Below, piece after piece: positions 60,240 to 64,000 of a DNA stretch of 64,000 nt. This stretch comes from Squalus acanthias. Its lineage: Eukaryota. The first letter of the stretch is position 1, and each line of letters starts with the position of its first letter. The notes beneath the pieces were generated by a model. It saw only the letters and a program-made list of their open reading frames with translations, had not been told where the DNA came from and did not search any database. Position numbers and translations under genes: made by a program. Location of the stretch: assembly GCA_030390025.1 (NCBI GenBank), contig JASTWF010000088.1, positions 62,001 through 126,000 of the forward strand. Reading direction: 5' to 3'.

Positions 60240-63200
60240 ATGAAGATAACCATAGCCAGCCTCAACATCAACGGCAGCAGGGAGGCGCGCCGTAGATTCA
60301 ATAACTTCTCGGTCCTTCGGGACGGGAAATATGCGGTGTGCTTCCTGCAAGAAACCCACACCGTTCCGGGAGACGAGGCCACGTGGCTCCTGGAGTGGCA
60401 AGGAGGGGTCAGCATGAGTCACCTCTCCAACAATTCCTGCGGGGTGGCTGTCTTGCTGGCCCCGCATTTTCAGCCGGAGATCTTGAGGGTCAAGGAGCAC
60501 GTGCCGGGCCGCTTGCTCCAGGTCACTGTTCGCCTGGGAGGCGTGCCGCTCCATTTAGTGAACGTGTACGCCCCCCGGACCGGTGCGCAGCAAGTGCGCT
60601 TCTTCGGAGAAGTGTCCGCTCTTCTGGGCTCCATCGACGTGGGCGAGTGCGTCATCCTCGGGGGGGATTTCAATTGTACCCTCGAGGCGCGGGACCGGTC
60701 GGGTCCCCCGCGAAGCCCGGCGGCGATGGAGAAGTTGCGGGACCTGGTCGGGTCCTTCGACTTGGTGGACGTCTGGCGAAATCTCCATCCCGACTCCAGC
60801 GCCTTCACGAGCGTGAGGTCTGGAGGAGGAAGGTCCAGAATCGACCGCCTTTACATTTCCCGGGCGTACGTCTCCTGCGTTCCGGCGGCTTCCATGCGGC
60901 CGGTGCCGTGCACGGACCACCACCTGGTGTGGGCGGAGCTCGCTCCGCTGCGCGCGCGGGGGGGGTCCGCGTACTGGCATTTTAACAACCTGCTGCTGGA
61001 GGACGCGCGGTTCCGGGATTCGTTTCGCCGGTTCTGGGCCGACTGGAGAAGGAAGCGGGGAGGCTTCCCCTCCTTGAGGCTATGGTGGGACGTGGGCAAG
61101 GCTCACGTCCGCGTCTTCTGTCAGGAGTACGCGAAGGGGTCGACCAAGAGGCGGGAGGCCCGGGTCGGGCGATTGGAGAAAGAAGTGCTCGACCTGGAGT
61201 CCCGTCTCGGTCAAGTCGTCGAGGACCCGGCCCTGCGGAAGGTGTACGAAGAGAAGAAGGGCGCGCTGAAGGACCTGCAGCTGGTCGGGTCCCGAGGCGC
61301 GTACGTGAGGTCGCGGATCCAGTTCCTGCGGGACCTGGACCGCGGCTCCCCCTTCTTCTACTCGCTGGAAAAAAGACGGGGGGTCCGTAAGCAGCTCTTG
61401 GGGCTGCTGGCCGACGACGGATCTCTGGTCTCGGATCCGGAGGGCATCAGCGCGGAGGCCCGGGCCTATTACGGGGCTCTGTTCTCTTCGGATCCGTCCA
61501 GCGAGGATGCGCGCAGAGTTTTGTGGGAGGACCTGCCGAAGGTCGGCCCGGAGGGCGCCGAGAATTTAGAAGCTCCGCTAAGCCTGGCGGAGCTGACCGG
61601 CGCCCTGCGCCAGCTCTCGAGGGGCAAGTCCCCGGGGCTGGACGGGCTGACCGTGGAGTTCCACAGGGCGTTCTGGGACGTCTTGGGGGACGACTACGCG
61701 CGGGTCCTGGGGGAAAGTCTGGCGACCGGGGAGATGCCCCTCTCTTGGCGCAGGGCGGTCATCGTCCTGCTGCCCAAGAAGGGCGATCTCCGCCTACTTA
61801 AGAACTGGCGCCCGGTCTCCCTCCTCAGCACGGACTACAAAATTTTCGCCAGGGCTATGTCTGCTCGCCTTGGCACCGTGCTGGCCCGCATGATCCACCC
61901 CGACCAGTCCTACACGGTCCCGGGCCGGAGTATCCACGATAACATCCATCTGGTCCGGGACCTGGTCCACCATTCCCAGAGGGCTGGTCTGTCGGTCGCC
62001 TTCCTTTCCCTGGATCAGGAGAAGGCGTTCGACAGGGTGGATCACGAGTATCTTTTCGGGACTCTGCGCGCATTCGGGTTCGGGACGCATTTCGTCGCCC
62101 GGATCCGACTTCTGTACGCCGCCGCGGAGTGTCTCATTAAAGTTAACGGGTCTTTGACGGCGCCCCTTCGCTTCGGGAGGGGGGTGCGTCAGGGATGCCC
62201 CATGTCCGGTCAGTTATACGCCGTTTGCGTGGAGCCTTTCCTGCGCCTCTTGCGGAAGAGGTTGACGGGACTGGCTCTGCAAGGGCCGGGCGTGGAGGTG
62301 GTCCTCTCGGCTTACGCCGATGACGTGCTCCTCGCGGTCACGGATCCCGTCGACTTGCGGAGGATGCGAGAATGCCAGCAGATTTACTCGGACGCATCCT
62401 CCGCCAAGATCAACTGGGAGAAATGTTCTGGACTCCTGGTGGGCCCATGGCAGGTGGACTCCCTGCCGGAGGAGTTCGGGCCTTTCGCCTGGAGCACCAC
62501 GCACCTCCTCTACCTGGGAGTCTACCTCAGCCCGGCCGAGGACGCCTGGCCGGCGAACTGGCAAGAGCTGGAGGCCAAAGTCACCGCTCGCCTAGGACGC
62601 TGGACAGGACTGCTCCGAGTGTTGTCCTACAGGGGTCGAGCGCTGGTCATAAACCAGCTGGTGGCCGCCATGTTGTGGTACCGGTTGATCACTTTGATCC
62701 CTCCCCCTGCGTTTGTCGCCAAGATGCAGAAGAAGCTCGTCGACTTCTTCTGGGACAAAAGGAAGCACTGGGTCTCTGCCGCGGTTTTGAGTCTCCCGCT
62801 TAGGGAGGGCGGTCAGGCGCTGGTGTGCCTTCGCACCCAGGCGGCGACTTTCCGTCTTCAGACGCTGCAGAGATACCTGTACGTGGAGAATCCTCCTAGG
62901 TGGCGTGCGCTGGCGACGTATTTCTTCCGCCAGCTGCACGGCCTCAATTACGACACGCAGCTCCTGTTTGTGAGAGTGGGTGGCACGCGTGCCAGCCTGC
63001 GGGAGCTGCCTGTCTTCTACCAGGAACTGCTATGGGTTTGGAACAGCGTCGCCTCCGAGCGCAGTTCTCCCCCGTCAGGAGCGGCGGCCGTCCTTCGGGA
63101 GCCGCTGTTCAGGAATCCGCACCTCCACGACCGCGGGTTCGGCTGGCTGGCGGAGGGCAGGGCTGTGCCCGGTAAGGTGACCAGAGTCGGGGACCTGCTC

Positions 63201-64000
63201 GATGGCGGAGGAGCGGGCTGGATGGCGCCGGAGGAGTTGGCGAGGCGCATGTCTTGGGTCAACGTCCGGCTCGCGGTCAAAGCCATCGAGTCGCTAAAAG
63301 TGGCACTGGGCCCCGTCTCCACTAGGTGTGTCGAGGAGGCTCAAGCACGTGGGGCGATCCCGTCCGAACTGACCCCCGTTCGGACGGAATTCCTTATCGG
63401 CGCCCGGCCCCGAATCCTCCCTCGGGAGCCGCCGCCTCACCACTTGAGCCTTCTCGGAGAAATGCCCTCCGTGCCCTTTCAATCCGCACGGAGGCGTTTC
63501 CTGTACGGGCTGCTCCTGCACACTCTCCACTTTGCCATCTTCGTCTGCCGTCCGGACACGCCTTGGCGTACCATCCTGCCGTCCGGCGGAGGCGAAGGTC
63601 CCCACTGGAAGGCTCTCTACGCGGGAGTCTTCCCTTGTTCTATTGGGGACTTGGCCTGGAGGGTGTTGCACGGAGCAGTCCCGTGCAATAGGATTTTAAG
63701 TAGGTTTACGGACTCCCAGGCTGCTTGCCATTTTTGCGGCCTGGAGGAGTCCGTTTATCACATTTATGTTGAATGTGAGAGGTTGCAGCCCCTCTTTCAT
63801 TATTTGAAGGGGCTGCTCCTCAATTTCTGGTTGCACTTCAGCCCCACGCTCCTGATCTACGGTCACCCGGTGCGGAGGGGAGCGGGTAAGTCGGAGGACC
63901 TCCTCGTAGGACTGCTCCTGGGCCTGGCCAAGAAAGCCATTAATTGGTCCAGGCAGCGGGCGGTCGAGGGGGTCGTTCGGCCCGATTGCCTGCCTCTCTT
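60240..64000 (+). CDS. Tx1 ORF2, copy 2 (appears open to the window end)
   Basis: ATG at 60240; near-identical to 53067 onward. Confidence 0.85.
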   Translation, partial: MKITIASLNINGSREARRRFNNFSVLRDGKYAVCFLQETHTVPGDEATWLLEWQGGVSMSHLSNNSCGVAVLLAPHFQPEILRVKEHVPGRLLQVTVRLGGVPLHLVNVYAPRTGAQQVRFFGEVSALLGSIDVGECVILGGDFNCTLEARDRSGPPRSPAAMEKLRDLVGSFDLVDVWRNLHPDSSAFTSVRSGGGRSRIDRLYISRAYVSCVPAASMRPVPCTDHHLVWAELAPLRARGGSAYWHFNNLLLEDARFRDSFRRFWADWRRKRGGFPSLRLWWDVGKAHVRVFCQEYAKGSTKRREARVGRLEKEVLDLESRLGQVVEDPALRKVYEEKKGALKDLQLVGSRGAYVRSRIQFLRDLDRGSPFFYSLEKRRGVRKQLLGLLADDGSLVSDPEGISAEARAYYGALFSSDPSSEDARRVLWEDLPKVGPEGAENLEAPLSLAELTGALRQLSRGKSPGLDGLTVEFHRAFWDVLGDDYARVLGESLATGEMPLSWRRAVIVLLPKKGDLRLLKNWRPVSLLSTDYKIFARAMSARLGTVLARMIHPDQSYTVPGRSIHDNIHLVRDLVHHSQRAGLSVAFLSLDQEKAFDRVDHEYLFGTLRAFGFGTHFVARIRLLYAAAECLIKVNGSLTAPLRFGRGVRQGCPMSGQLYAVCVEPFLRLLRKRLTGLALQGPGVEVVLSAYADDVLLAVTDPVDLRRMRECQQIYSDASSAKINWEKCSGLLVGPWQVDSLPEEFGPFAWSTTHLLYLGVYLSPAEDAWPANWQELEAKVTARLGRWTGLLRVLSYRGRALVINQLVAAMLWYRLITLIPPPAFVAKMQKKLVDFFWDKRKHWVSAAVLSLPLREGGQALVCLRTQAATFRLQTLQRYLYVENPPRWRALATYFFRQLHGLNYDTQLLFVRVGGTRASLRELPVFYQELLWVWNSVASERSSPPSGAAAVLREPLFRNPHLHDRGFGWLAEGRAVPGKVTRVGDLLDGGGAGWMAPEELARRMSWVNVRLAVKAIESLKVALGPVSTRCVEEAQARGAIPSELTPVRTEFLIGARPRILPREPPPHHLSLLGEMPSVPFQSARRRFLYGLLLHTLHFAIFVCRPDTPWRTILPSGGGEGPHWKALYAGVFPCSIGDLAWRVLHGAVPCNRILSRFTDSQAACHFCGLEESVYHIYVECERLQPLFHYLKGLLLNFWLHFSPTLLIYGHPVRRGAGKSEDLLVGLLLGLAKKAINWSRQRAVEGVVRPDCLPL

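Larger units (their letters stand above)
57086..64000 (+). mobile_element. Tx1-clade retrotransposon, copy 2 (tandem, runs off the window)
   Basis: Near-identical to copy 1 at a 7179-bp offset. Confidence 0.92.

Noticed and set aside
51030-63691. Many overlapping and antisense ORFs inside the Tx1 elements
   Set aside because: Expected from high GC content; no recognisable motifs

Overview
Vertebrate genomic DNA, almost certainly a shark (inferred from the MHC class II alpha sequence and the HE1/V-SINE, DeuSINE, CR1 and Penelope repeats). The only host gene visible is the 3' half of an MHC class II alpha chain gene on the + strand: the alpha-2 exon (11319-11600), the CP/TM/CYT exon (12716-12863) and a probable 3'UTR exon from 19788. 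The rest is densely nested mobile DNA. (1) A very young full-length endogenous retrovirus (26474-36093, - strand) with LTRs differing at about 2 sites, a 5-bp TSD and a tRNA-Ser-like PBS. Its gag and pol are in frame across a UGA-CUAG readthrough-type stop, an extra small transmembrane ORF sits between pol and env, and env appears to have two furin sites. (2) Two tandem, near-intact Tx1-clade LINEs (49907-64000), each preceded by the same 53-bp piece of a Penelope element tail, with the junction inside a hammerhead-ribozyme motif. This looks like a LINE that specifically targets another retroelement. (3) A Harbinger-type MITE family (3 copies, 3-bp TSDs) carrying promoter-like motifs and three splice donors; one copy cleanly interrupts the ERV gag. 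Also present are head-to-head decayed Harbinger transposons, a solo LTR, Penelope elements and many CR1/L2 fragments. Family names come from motif recognition only; no database searches were run.
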